64,000 bases of DNA from the NCBI GenBank assembly GCA_026989355.1, contig JALSJM010000005.1, positions 344,717-408,716 on the forward strand, read 5' to 3'. Under the pieces are notes generated by a model. The model was not told the DNA's origin and searched no databases. It saw only the letters and a program-made list of their open reading frames with translations. Below are positions 38,598 through 48,023 of the stretch, piece by piece; position 1 is the stretch's first letter, and each line of letters opens with the position of its first letter. The DNA comes from Paracoccaceae bacterium. GTDB lineage: Bacteria; Pseudomonadota; Alphaproteobacteria; Rhodobacterales; Rhodobacteraceae. The position numbers and the translations under genes are program-made.

Positions 38598-39965
38598 TCA
38601 GTTGCCAGCCGTGCCTGAAAGATTTCCCGGATCGAAGACACTGCCGAAAGGGGTGGTTCTGTTGCCGCCATTCCCCGGCTCCTCGCCGTTCTCAGCTCCG
38701 GTTCCGGCGCCTGTCTGCGGTTCCGTTCCGCCCTGCGGCGGGCTGCCATCGCGCGGAGCATTCCCCGTGCCCGACTGCCCTTCCAGGTTGCCCGGATCGA
38801 AAACCCCGCCAAAGGGCGCCCGGTCGGTGTCCGGCCTGCCGGAAGCCCCCGGGGCAGCGGGCCTGCCCGAGGGCGCGAAGATGTCAGGGCCCTTCATCTG
38901 CTGCTGCCGGCGCATTTCCTCGCGCCGGCGCAGAAGCTCTTCGCGCCGCTTGGCCGCCTCTGCCTGCTTGGCCGCGCGAACCTCGGCCTTGCACTGTTCG
39001 GGACTGTAGCTGCGCGCGGTCCAGAACAGGGTGATTGCCACGAAGGAAAACAGGACCAGCACCACCGCGGCCCAGTTCCCACGCAGGAAAGCGGGCAGGA
39101 TACCGGCACGCTGCGGCACCGGATCGCCCCCCGCCTGTCCGGCCATTTTCATCCGGCCGCGCCGCCAGGCCTCGGCTGACAGCGCAAAGAATACCGTCAG
39201 CATCACGATAATGAAGGCCAGCGCCGAAATGGAGGGATTGATGCCATAGCGCACCTTCTGGGCCAGTTCGATCGTCAGCGTCGGATAACGGCCGAAGGTG
39301 AATGTGGTGGTGTTGTAGTTCTCGAAGCTTGCCAGAAAGGCCAGCACTGCAGCCGAAGCAATGGCCGGGCGCATGAAGGGCAGCAGGATCTTGCGGAAGG
39401 CCTGCACATGGGTAGCGCCAAGATCAAGCGCCGCCTCGGTCAGCCCCGGATCATAGCGCTGCAGCCGGGCCACGAATACCAGCATCGTGTAGGATGCGAT
39501 GAAAGTGGACTGGCCCAGCACCGTCAGGAAGATGCCATTGTGGAACAGATCGCTGGTGGCCGGGCCGAGAAACCGGCTCATCCTGTCCCAGAACACCACT
39601 GTGGAAATCCCCAGCACCACACCGGGAATGAGGATCGGCGCGATGATGATCGTGTAATAGGTGGCACGCCAGCGCGGCCAGATCTGGGTAAGCAGCAGTG
39701 CCGCTGCCAGCCCCATTGCCACCGACAGCACCACCGTGCCAAGGCCGATGACCACGCTGTTGCGGATGCTGCGCAGGATACGCTCGTCATCGGCCAGCAC
39801 CTGGAACCACTCGAATGAAAAGCAGTCCCAGGGGCTGATCGTCGGAAAGGGATTCGAGTTGAAGGCCGTCATGCTCATGATCACGAGCGGCCCCAGCAGA
39901 TAGCCGAAGAAGATCACCAGATAGAGGCCGAGTGCCAGCCGGGAGACGAGAACGTTATGTCTCAT
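38598..39965 (-). CDS. ABC transporter permease (PotC-like) with ~188-aa C-terminal extension
   Basis: ORF 38598..40115, with the start placed at ATG 39963-39965, which overlaps the upstream permease stop. The permease core has an EAA-like loop (EAALDLGATHVQAFRKILLP). After it come an extra TM segment, a charged coiled-coil and a Gly/Pro-rich tail. Confidence 0.8.
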   Translation of the reverse strand: MRHNVLVSRLALGLYLVIFFGYLLGPLVIMSMTAFNSNPFPTISPWDCFSFEWFQVLADDERILRSIRNSVVIGLGTVVLSVAMGLAAALLLTQIWPRWRATYYTIIIAPILIPGVVLGISTVVFWDRMSRFLGPATSDLFHNGIFLTVLGQSTFIASYTMLVFVARLQRYDPGLTEAALDLGATHVQAFRKILLPFMRPAIASAAVLAFLASFENYNTTTFTFGRYPTLTIELAQKVRYGINPSISALAFIIVMLTVFFALSAEAWRRGRMKMAGQAGGDPVPQRAGILPAFLRGNWAAVVLVLFSFVAITLFWTARSYSPEQCKAEVRAAKQAEAAKRREELLRRREEMRRQQQMKGPDIFAPSGRPAAPGASGRPDTDRAPFGGVFDPGNLEGQSGTGNAPRDGSPPQGGTEPQTGAGTGAENGEEPGNGGNRTTPFGSVFDPGNLSGTAGN

Positions 39966-40891
39966 TTCCCGATGTCCCCCATGTTGACCCGGAAGATCTT
40001 CATGAAGGTCAGCACGATGGCGATCGATGCCATCAGCAGCACGATCGCATAGGCCGATCCCTGCTGCCAGTTGAGCGAATTGTTGAACCACTGATAGACC
40101 AGCTGGGTGAACCACAGGCTGCTCGGCCCGCCCAGGATCTGCGGCGCTGCCAGCGCCCCGGCCGACAGCATGAATACCATCGTCATCCCCGAACTGATAC
40201 CGGGCTTGGCGTGGGGGATCACGATGCGCCGGTGAATGTGGACCCAGCTTGCGCCCATGTCGCGTGCCGCCTCGATCTGGTTGCGATCAAGGCTTTCGAT
40301 GGCGTTATACATGGGAAACAGCATCAGCAGGATATAGGCATAGCCAAGCCCGGTATAGAGCGCGATGTCGGCCCGGATGAAATCGATCGGCTGATCGATC
40401 AGTCCGAGGCCCATCATTGCCGCGTTGATGATCCCGCCATCGGCAAAGATGATCCTGAATGCAAAGGCGCGCAGGATCTCGTTGATCCAGTAGGGAATGA
40501 TCAGCAACACCACCAGCAGCCGCACGAAACCGCTGCCGCGCGACTGGCCCAGATAATAGGCCAGCGGATAGCACAGGATCAGATCCGCTACCGTCACCGC
40601 CATGGCGGCAAGGATGGTGCGTCCGAATACCATCAGATCAACGGTATTGTAGGAGCCCTCGCCCCCCCCGGCGCCATAGATCAGATGGCGGTAGTTGTCG
40701 AGCGTATAGACATCCTTCGGTCCGCCCTGCTCGGCCGGAGGAAGGTTGTAGCGGAACGAGAAATCAAGCATCGAAAGCTGTGGCAGCAGGATCAGAACGA
40801 TGATCCAGAACCCGACCAGCAGCATCATGGTGATACCGAGAAACCTGCCGTTGGTGCGAAAATATTCGGCGAAAAGACGCGGCCTTGCCAT
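39962..40891 (-). CDS. ABC transporter permease (PotB-like)
   Basis: 309 aa, polytopic. The EAA loop is IEAARDMGASWVHIHRRIVIPH. Confidence 0.85.
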   Translation of the reverse strand: MARPRLFAEYFRTNGRFLGITMMLLVGFWIIVLILLPQLSMLDFSFRYNLPPAEQGGPKDVYTLDNYRHLIYGAGGGEGSYNTVDLMVFGRTILAAMAVTVADLILCYPLAYYLGQSRGSGFVRLLVVLLIIPYWINEILRAFAFRIIFADGGIINAAMMGLGLIDQPIDFIRADIALYTGLGYAYILLMLFPMYNAIESLDRNQIEAARDMGASWVHIHRRIVIPHAKPGISSGMTMVFMLSAGALAAPQILGGPSSLWFTQLVYQWFNNSLNWQQGSAYAIVLLMASIAIVLTFMKIFRVNMGDIGK

Positions 40892-40900
40892 CGCTTCCTC

Positions 40901-42016
40901 CTATTCGGATGCCAGTTCGCCCGCAGGCATCGCCACCGCATTGCGCAGTTCGTATTTCAGGATCAGGTCATCGCCCGTCGAGACCACCCGCTCCTGTCCC
41001 ACATTGGGAAGCGACATCTTGATCCGCTTGCCCCCCTCGCTCTCAAGGAACACGCTGTAGGAATTGCCCTCGAATTCCTCGTTCACCACCCGGGCGGTCA
41101 GGCTTTTCCCGGCATGGGCCCCGGCATCGTCAACCAGCGAAAACGCCTCGGGGCGAACGAACATCATCGCATCATCCCCCACCTTCAGCACCCCCCGCGC
41201 CGCCGGAGTGATCTGGGCCAGAAGATCGCCCGAACGGTTGGTGCGGATCAGTGCCTCGTCGCCCTTCACCTCAAGAACCTTGCCGCGAAACACGTTGTTT
41301 TCGCCCACGAAAGAGGCCACGAAAGGGGTGGCGGGAAGATCGTAAATGGCATGGCCGGTGCCGATCTGCTCGATCACGCCGGCCCGCATTACCGCCACGT
41401 TGTCGGACATGGTCAGCGCCTCGCCCTGATCGTGGGTGATATAGATGAAGGTGATGCCCACGCGCTGCTGGATGGCGCGCAGTTCGGTGCGCATGTGCTG
41501 GCGCAGCTTCAGATCAAGCGCCGAAAGCGGCTCGTCAAGCAACAGAACGTCGGGCTCGGCGCAAAGGGCGCGCGCGATCGCCACCCGCTGCTTCTGGCCG
41601 CCCGAAAGTTCGCCGGGCAACTTGTTGCCCTGACCTTCCAGCGCGATCATTTCCAGCAGCTCATCGGCGCGCCTGCGCCGTTCGGACGCGCTGGCCCCCC
41701 TTACTTCCATCGAGAAGGTGATGTTTTCCCACACCTTCATCAGAGGAAACAGCGCAAGATTCTGGAAGATCAGCGCCGTGGGCCGCTTGTTGGGGCCGAT
41801 CCCGGCCATGTCGCGGCCGCCGATCAGAACCCGGCCCTCGCTGGGCTGGAGAAACCCGGAAACCGCGCGCAGGATGGTGGTTTTTCCGCAACCGGAAGGA
41901 CCAAGGAAGGAAAAGAAATCGCCGCCGTTTATGTTCACGCTGGCATCGCGAACCGCCACGAATTCGCCGAACCGGATCCAGAGGTTTTCAAGCTCTACGC
42001 CGACACCGTCTGTCAT
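40901..42016 (-). CDS. ABC transporter ATP-binding protein (PotA-like)
   Basis: It has Walker A (GPSGCGKTT), signature (LSGGQKQRVAIARAL) and Walker B (LLLDEPLSALD) motifs, plus a C-terminal TOBE-like domain. The start is set at the internal ATG (MTDGVG). Confidence 0.85.
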   Translation of the reverse strand: MTDGVGVELENLWIRFGEFVAVRDASVNINGGDFFSFLGPSGCGKTTILRAVSGFLQPSEGRVLIGGRDMAGIGPNKRPTALIFQNLALFPLMKVWENITFSMEVRGASASERRRRADELLEMIALEGQGNKLPGELSGGQKQRVAIARALCAEPDVLLLDEPLSALDLKLRQHMRTELRAIQQRVGITFIYITHDQGEALTMSDNVAVMRAGVIEQIGTGHAIYDLPATPFVASFVGENNVFRGKVLEVKGDEALIRTNRSGDLLAQITPAARGVLKVGDDAMMFVRPEAFSLVDDAGAHAGKSLTARVVNEEFEGNSYSVFLESEGGKRIKMSLPNVGQERVVSTGDDLILKYELRNAVAMPAGELASE

Positions 42017-42140
42017 TGCCGCCCCCTGCTGAACGCATCGCCGCCACACCCGGCCGCCAAGACTGCGGCCGGGTGCTTCGTGTTCTGCCCTTCATGCAGC
42101 CCGCCGGCATGCGGACTGCATGGACGCGCGTCGCCGTGCG

Positions 42141-43280
42141 TCAGGCACTCTTGAACTTGTTCACGTATTCCGTGCGCAGATCGGCATACCAGGGCGGCTC
42201 GGCCGGCCAGGGATTCAGGTTGGCCAGCGCATCGCCGGGATAGGCCTCGGCGAAGTTCTTCTTGTAGGTGGCGCTGGCAAACTTGTCGGCTCCCAGAATC
42301 GGCGAATTGTACCCATGCGTGTCGATCGCCTTGCCCGCCACTTCCGGGCGATAGGCATATTCGACAAGCGCATAGGCTTCGTCGATGTTCTCGGCTCCGA
42401 CTGGCATGGCAAGGCCATCGACCCAGGCCATCGCGCCTTCGCGCGGCGCCTGATAGGTAACAGGCTCGCCCGCCGTCTTCAGCGCCAGCGGCGGACCATC
42501 CCATGTCTGGCCGACAACGACACCGCCGTTCAGCAGGCCCTGTTTCTGGCTGTCGGCATCGTTCCACAGAAGCTTGAGGTTCCCCTTGCGCGCAATGCAC
42601 CAGTCGGTGATCGTGCCCCAGGTCTTGCGGAAGCTTTCCTCGTTCTCATAAGCGGCCCAGACAGCGCCGGGTTCAAGTTCGCCGGTGGTTTCCATGTAGA
42701 GACCGGCGCAGAGCATGCCCGAATGCGGGCGGATCATCGTCTTGCCGGCGTTCTCGTCGGCCCAGATCTCGCCATAGCTCGGCACGCCATCGGCCGCTGC
42801 GGGGGCCCACAGATCGGTGCGCCAGGCCATACCTTCGGTGCCCCAGATATGGGGAATCCAGGTGGATCCCTTGCCGAAATCCCAGGCATCCGGCCCGATC
42901 TTGGCCATTGCCGGATTGGCACGGTCGATCGGCACGCGGCTCATGTCCCACGGTTGCAACAGGTTCAGCGGGCCCCATTGCAGGTTGCGGTTGTTGGTGG
43001 GGCCGATGACATCGAAACCCGCACCATTCGAGGCCTTCATCTTGTTGATGATCTCCTCGTTCGAACCGATGCCCACATAATTCACCTTGATGCCGGTTTC
43101 GCTGGTGAACCCCGCCAGCATGTCTTCGGGCCAGTAATCCGACCAGTCAAGCAGGTTCACCTCGCCCGACGAAGCCAGCGCCTTCGAAACCAGCGCCGGC
43201 GAGGCCAGTGCGGCCGCTCCGACCGCCGCCCCCCCTTTCAGGATACCGCGCCTGCTTACATTCCTGTCTGTTTCCTTCAT
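42141..43280 (-). CDS. periplasmic solute-binding protein (PotD/PotF-like), Tat signal
   Basis: 379 aa. SRRGILKGGAAVGAAALASPALVSKALA is a twin-arginine signal. The rest has a PBP type-2 layout. Confidence 0.85.
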   Translation of the reverse strand: MKETDRNVSRRGILKGGAAVGAAALASPALVSKALASSGEVNLLDWSDYWPEDMLAGFTSETGIKVNYVGIGSNEEIINKMKASNGAGFDVIGPTNNRNLQWGPLNLLQPWDMSRVPIDRANPAMAKIGPDAWDFGKGSTWIPHIWGTEGMAWRTDLWAPAAADGVPSYGEIWADENAGKTMIRPHSGMLCAGLYMETTGELEPGAVWAAYENEESFRKTWGTITDWCIARKGNLKLLWNDADSQKQGLLNGGVVVGQTWDGPPLALKTAGEPVTYQAPREGAMAWVDGLAMPVGAENIDEAYALVEYAYRPEVAGKAIDTHGYNSPILGADKFASATYKKNFAEAYPGDALANLNPWPAEPPWYADLRTEYVNKFKSA

Positions 43281-43517
43281 GCTTTCCTACTCCCTTTCAA
43301 GCTCCGGCAAGCCGGGAAATATGCCTCCCGCGCCCCGCGCCTTGTGGCGCTTTCACCGGATAATCGCCATTCTTGTATGTTTGATGACAAAATGCAAAAC
43401 ATGTTTGCCTGTCCCCACTCGGCCGCTGTTGCCCGGGGCGCGAAACAGCAGGCACATAGGGCTTGCCAACAGGCACCCCGGGGATTACCCTTTTTTCAGC
43501 AAGAGGATGTTCCCGCG

Positions 43518-44177
43518 ATGCTTGATGGCCAGATTATCGAGATCGTTGCCCTGTCGCTGCGGGTTTCGGTTTTTGCCGTTATTCTGGCGGCACTGATCGG
43601 CGTACCGCTCGGCGCGCTTCTGGCTGTGGGGCGGTTTCCCGGGCGCAATCTGGCTACAATGACGATCAATGCGCTGATGGGCCTGCCGCCGGTGGTGGTG
43701 GGGCTCGGGCTCTATCTGCTGCTCTCGCGCTCGGGGCCGCTCGGGATACTGCAGCTGCTCTATACGCCGACCGCGATGATCATTGCACAGATGATCCTGG
43801 TAACGCCGATCATCGCCTCGTTTTCGCAGCAGGTGCTTTCCGATCTGCATGCCGAATATGACGAGATGCTGCGCGCCATGAAGGCCACCCGGCTGCAGGT
43901 GATGGGCACCCTGATCCGCGATGCGCGCCATGCGCTGGTCACCGCCTTTCTGGCCGGGCTGGGGCGGGCGCTTTCGGAAATCGGTGCGGTGATGATCGTG
44001 GGGGGCAACATCAACCATGCCACGCGGGTGATGACCACGGCGATCGCGCTTGAAACCTCGAAAGGCAACCTGCGCCTGGCGGTTTCTCTGGGGCTGATCC
44101 TGCTGGGGCTTGCCTTTGTCATCAACATCGCGCTGGTCGTGCTCAGAACACGTCTGGAAAGGCAGGCCCATGCCTGA
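43518..44177 (+). CDS. tupB: tungstate ABC transporter permease
   Basis: Only the last 219 aa of the track ORF 42120..44177 are protein-like (MLDGQIIEIVALSLRVS...). It has an ABC permease EAA loop (DEMLRAMKATRLQV) and precedes a TupC/TupA-like pair. Confidence 0.75.
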   Translation: MLDGQIIEIVALSLRVSVFAVILAALIGVPLGALLAVGRFPGRNLATMTINALMGLPPVVVGLGLYLLLSRSGPLGILQLLYTPTAMIIAQMILVTPIIASFSQQVLSDLHAEYDEMLRAMKATRLQVMGTLIRDARHALVTAFLAGLGRALSEIGAVMIVGGNINHATRVMTTAIALETSKGNLRLAVSLGLILLGLAFVINIALVVLRTRLERQAHA

Positions 44178-44946
44178 TCCCGCGCCCCGCGGCAACATCC
44201 TGCCACTTGACACCGCCCCGGGCCACAACCGGCGCCGGGCGGAAACGGCGGCATGGCTGCTGATGGCGGAAGAGTTGCGCTATGAGCGCGGCGGGCGCTG
44301 CCTTCTTGACGGGATAAGCTTCGCTCTGTCCCCGTCCGGCATCACCGCCCTTCTTGGCCCGAACGGCGCAGGCAAAAGCCTGCTTCTGCGCCTGCTGGGC
44401 GGGCTGATCCGTCCGGACAGCGGGCGAATCCGCTTTGATCCGGCCTTTGACGGATCTACCGGGATGGTATTCCAGAAACCCGTGCTGCTGCGGCGCAGCG
44501 TGCGGGCCAACCTTGATCATGCACTCAGGATCGCACGCATTCCTCGCCGACAGCGCACCGGCCGCATCGCCGAACTTCTGGTCATGGCCGATCTCACCCA
44601 TTGCGCGGAAAGCCCCGCACGCGCCCTTTCGGGGGGGGAACAGCAACGTCTGACCATGGCCCGTGCGCTGGTGAACAAACCCCGGCTTCTGCTGCTGGAC
44701 GAACCGACAGCCAGCCTTGATCCGGCGGCCACCGCCGGCTTCGAGGCATTGACCCGCGAAATTGCGCGCATGGGCACCAAGATCATGCTGGTCACCCATG
44801 ACCTGCACCAGGCCAGGCGCATCGCCGACGACGTGATCTTCATCCACAAGGGAAGAATACATGAACAGGGCCCGACCACCGCATTCTTCGCCGCCCCCCG
44901 TTCCCCCGAGGCGCGCGCCTATTGTGCCGGCACCCTGATAACCTGA
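44170..44946 (+). CDS. tupC: tungstate ABC transporter ATP-binding protein
   Basis: It has Walker A (GPNGAGKS), signature (LSGGEQQRL) and Walker B (LLLLDEPT) motifs. The start ATG at 44170 overlaps the tupB stop (an alternative is 44263). Confidence 0.75.
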   Translation: MPDPAPRGNILPLDTAPGHNRRRAETAAWLLMAEELRYERGGRCLLDGISFALSPSGITALLGPNGAGKSLLLRLLGGLIRPDSGRIRFDPAFDGSTGMVFQKPVLLRRSVRANLDHALRIARIPRRQRTGRIAELLVMADLTHCAESPARALSGGEQQRLTMARALVNKPRLLLLDEPTASLDPAATAGFEALTREIARMGTKIMLVTHDLHQARRIADDVIFIHKGRIHEQGPTTAFFAAPRSPEARAYCAGTLIT

Positions 44947-44950
44947 CGGA

Positions 44951-45787
44951 ATGCTCATGAAACAGCTTGCCACCATTGCCGCCATGTGTCTTCTCCTGCC
45001 CCTCCGGCTGATTGCCGGCGAGGGCGGGATCATCCTGCAATCCACCACATCCACCCAGAATTCCGGCCTTTACGAATACCTTCTGCCGCTGCTGGAACAG
45101 GATACCGGCCTGCGGGTGAAGGTGGTAGCCGTCGGCACCGGGCAGGCGCTGAAGAACGCCCGGAACTGCGATGGCGATGTGCTTCTGGTGCATGCACGGG
45201 AAGCCGAAGAGGCATTCGTGGCGAACGAATACGGGCTGAAGCGCCATGACGTCATGTATAACGATTTCGTGCTGATCGGCCCGGCCAGCGATCCGGCCCG
45301 CGTACGCGGGGCGGGTTCCGCCACCGAGGCCCTGCGGCGCATCGCGGCGGCGCGGGTTCCTTTCGTTTCGCGCGGAGATGACAGCGGCACCCACAGGAAA
45401 GAGATCTCTCTCTGGAAGACGGCGGGGCTTGATCCCGCCGCCGGGCGCGAAAGCTGGTATCGCGAAACCGGTTCGGGGATGGGGGCCACGCTCAACATTG
45501 CTGCCGGCATGGGTGCCTATACGCTGACCGACCGCGCCACCTGGATTTCATTCGGCAACAAGGCCGGGCTGGAAATCCTGCATGAGGGCGATCCGGCGCT
45601 GTTCAACCAGTATGGGGTGATCGCCGTCAACCCCGCGCGCTGCCCGGGGATGAACACGAAGGGCGCACAGACCTTCATCACCTGGCTGCTGTCCCCCCGC
45701 GGGCAAAAGGCCATCGCCGCCTATCGGCTGAACGGCCAGCAGCTGTTCTTCCCCAATGCGAAAGGGAAAACCGCGAAAGGGGAATAG
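44951..45787 (+). CDS. tupA: tungstate-binding periplasmic protein
   Basis: 278 aa, with a signal peptide. It has the TTSTQNSGL anion-binding motif and the RGDDSGTH motif that I remember as characteristic of TupA. Confidence 0.8.
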   Translation: MLMKQLATIAAMCLLLPLRLIAGEGGIILQSTTSTQNSGLYEYLLPLLEQDTGLRVKVVAVGTGQALKNARNCDGDVLLVHAREAEEAFVANEYGLKRHDVMYNDFVLIGPASDPARVRGAGSATEALRRIAAARVPFVSRGDDSGTHRKEISLWKTAGLDPAAGRESWYRETGSGMGATLNIAAGMGAYTLTDRATWISFGNKAGLEILHEGDPALFNQYGVIAVNPARCPGMNTKGAQTFITWLLSPRGQKAIAAYRLNGQQLFFPNAKGKTAKGE

Positions 45788-45940
45788 GGGCTGTCGCTCC
45801 TCTCCCGCTTGCGCCGGCCGCCTGCCACTGCCCCGCCGGAAGAATTCATGCCCCCGGCAGGAACATCGCAAGACCGGCGATGGCACCGGGCAATGCCCGG
45901 ACTGGCACAAGCGGGCATCCGCCCGGGAAAGGGCAGATCG

Positions 45941-47350
45941 CTATCCCTTCTTCCGGGCAGAGGCCTTTCTGCCGGCCGGTTTGCGTTCTGCCGGCTTGCG
46001 CGCAGTGCGCCGGCCCGGGGCCTTCAGCGGCGGCTGATCGGTGATCATGTGGGTGCCGATCAGATCGATCAGGCTTTCGATCGGCTTTTCGAAACCGGTG
46101 GCGGTGATATCGCGTTCAAGCGTCATCTCGCAGATGTTGCAGCTTGTCACGAAACGATCGGCGCCGGTTGCCTCGACAGCCCTTTTCTTGATTTCGAAGG
46201 CCTTGAGGCGCAACGGGGCAGCGCGATCATTTGCAAGCACCCCGCCACCGCCACCGCAGCAGAATCCTTCGGTGCCGTGCGGGTCCATCTCGCGCAGTTC
46301 CATGCCGAGAGCGCGCATCAGGATGCGCGGCTTTTCCTCAAGCCCGCCGCGGCGGATCTGCTGGCAGGGATCGTGAAAGGTAACGCTTTCGCCCACCGGC
46401 CTGCATTTCAGGCGGCCTTCTTCCACCGCATCGGCCAGCACCTCGACGATATGGCGCACCTCGATATCGTTCACCGGCTCGCCATACCATTTTGCCGCCT
46501 CCCAGCGGGTGGCACCCCAGGCGTGCCCGCATTCGGGCACGATCAGCATCCTTGCGCCGATCTGGCGCGCCTTGTCGATCAGGCGAACGGTCAGTTCGCC
46601 CTGAAGCTCCATGTTGCCGGAAAGATAGCCGAAGTTCGTGGCCTCGAACGCATCGGAACAGAGCGTCCAGTCAAGCCCGAGATGATGCAGCACACGGGCC
46701 ATGCCGGCCACGCCCAGATGGCGGTTTTCCAGTTCCTCGGGTGTCAGCGTCATCAGGACATCGGCCTTTTCCCTGTCGAGCGGCAGGGAAACCCCGTATT
46801 CCTTCTCGATTTTCCTGATCGTGCGGCGGAAATCCTCGGGCGTGCCGAAGGGGCTGTGCTGCTTTTCGGCATTGCCGACGATCCGCGCCAGGCGATCAGG
46901 CAGCAGCCCCGCGGCATACATGCCCCGGCGGGCCTCTTTCACCAGTTCGGCAATGTCGATACCCATGGGGCAGGCCAGGGTGCAGCGGCCGCACATGTTG
47001 CAGCTGTCATAGATCAGCTCTTCCCATTCCCCGAGTTCCTCGATTGTCAGCTTCGGCTTGCGCCCGAGAAGTCCGTTCAGCCAGGAAAAGGGCCCATGTG
47101 TAAGTGAATAGGCATCCTCGAAGGGCTTGATCTTGTGAATCGGTATATATTTCGCATCCCCCGTTGCCAGATGGAAATGGCAGGCCTCGGCGCAAAGTCC
47201 GCAGCGCACGCAGGCATTCATCCAGGTTTGCGCCGCGGGGCCGAATTCGGCCACGAAGCCGGCCATTGCATTTTCCAGACGCACCTCGTCGGGAAGGCTG
47301 CGGTGCTTGTCGAAACTGCGGTGTTTCGGGAAAGATGTGTCGTGGGTCAT
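45941..47350 (-). CDS. HdrD/DsrK/GlpC-like Fe-S (CCG-domain) oxidoreductase subunit
   Basis: 469 aa. It has two CX2CX2CX3C motifs (CVRCGLCAEAC and CNMCGRCTLACP) and a CCG domain (EGFCCGGGGG...CNIC). The C-terminal tail is K/R-rich. Confidence 0.8.
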   Translation of the reverse strand: MTHDTSFPKHRSFDKHRSLPDEVRLENAMAGFVAEFGPAAQTWMNACVRCGLCAEACHFHLATGDAKYIPIHKIKPFEDAYSLTHGPFSWLNGLLGRKPKLTIEELGEWEELIYDSCNMCGRCTLACPMGIDIAELVKEARRGMYAAGLLPDRLARIVGNAEKQHSPFGTPEDFRRTIRKIEKEYGVSLPLDREKADVLMTLTPEELENRHLGVAGMARVLHHLGLDWTLCSDAFEATNFGYLSGNMELQGELTVRLIDKARQIGARMLIVPECGHAWGATRWEAAKWYGEPVNDIEVRHIVEVLADAVEEGRLKCRPVGESVTFHDPCQQIRRGGLEEKPRILMRALGMELREMDPHGTEGFCCGGGGGVLANDRAAPLRLKAFEIKKRAVEATGADRFVTSCNICEMTLERDITATGFEKPIESLIDLIGTHMITDQPPLKAPGRRTARKPAERKPAGRKASARKKG

Positions 47351-47372
47351 GGCGCTGCGCTCCTGCCGGCTC

Positions 47373-48023
47373 TCATGCCCTTGTGCCCCGCCGCCCGGCC
47401 ATGGCGCCGGTGAAGCCGCGCGAAAACGGCCAGGTGAATGTGTGCATCAGGCTGGAGAAGGGGAAATAGACCAGCCACAGTTCGACCAGCCCCAGATGCA
47501 GCCCGCGCAGAAAGGTGCTCTGCTCGCCCAGCGCCATGCATCCCGAGAGCATGACGGCAAAGGTCAGACCGGCCGCGATGTGATCGTCGGGGCGCGAGAT
47601 CAGCCGCACCACCGGATCGACGAACCGCCGCACCCAGAGCGCGATCAGACCCGCAAAGGAAAACTGCGCAGCCACGATGAAGCCCCAGCGCGGGATCGGC
47701 TCCCAGGGCAGGCCGACGATCTTTTCGCGGATGAACTCCACATGCGGCGCAGCAAAGAGCAGCAGCACGAACAGCCCGACATGAAAGGCATAGCCCGCAA
47801 GGATAACGAACCATGCCTTGCCATTTTTCAGAAGCGCCCGCCAGGGCAGGAAATGGCCGAGGATGGCACGCAGCGCTCCCGCTGCGGGGGATCCGGCCGG
47901 CCGCGCTCTGGCATGGCGCCGGCCGGTGAACAGGATCATCATCAGGCGGAAAGCCGCAAATACGACGAAGATCGTGGCCGAGGCTTTCCAGAGCGGACCT
48001 TCGAGAATCTCGATCAGGCTCAT
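47373..48023 (-). CDS. NarI/DsrM-like membrane b-type cytochrome subunit
   Basis: 216 aa with about 5 TM helices carrying conserved His residues. Its start overlaps the stop of the fdh gamma gene (ATGA). It is paired with the CCG-domain protein in a DsrMK/HmeCD-like arrangement. Confidence 0.65.
   Translation of the reverse strand: MSLIEILEGPLWKASATIFVVFAAFRLMMILFTGRRHARARPAGSPAAGALRAILGHFLPWRALLKNGKAWFVILAGYAFHVGLFVLLLFAAPHVEFIREKIVGLPWEPIPRWGFIVAAQFSFAGLIALWVRRFVDPVVRLISRPDDHIAAGLTFAVMLSGCMALGEQSTFLRGLHLGLVELWLVYFPFSSLMHTFTWPFSRGFTGAMAGRRGTRA

Noticed and set aside
43431-43496. A GC stem (CCCGGGG / CCCCGGG, 43432-43438 pairing with 43476-43482) followed by a T6 run (43491-43496), just upstream of tupB. 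I considered it as a Moco/W-co riboswitch expression platform or an attenuator.
   Set aside because: The stem encloses a 37-nt loop, and 8 nt separate it from the T-run, so it is not a canonical terminator. I cannot recognise the Moco RNA motif consensus by eye. A cmsearch with Rfam RF01055 over 43281-43517 would settle it. Until then it is unsupported.
42120-43517. The 5' two-thirds of the 685-aa track ORF 42120..44177, which would make a giant fusion protein ending in TupB.
   Set aside because: That part lies antisense to the well-supported solute-binding protein gene (42141..43280) and looks like shadow-frame sequence. A protein-like sequence and a plausible start appear only at ATG 43518.
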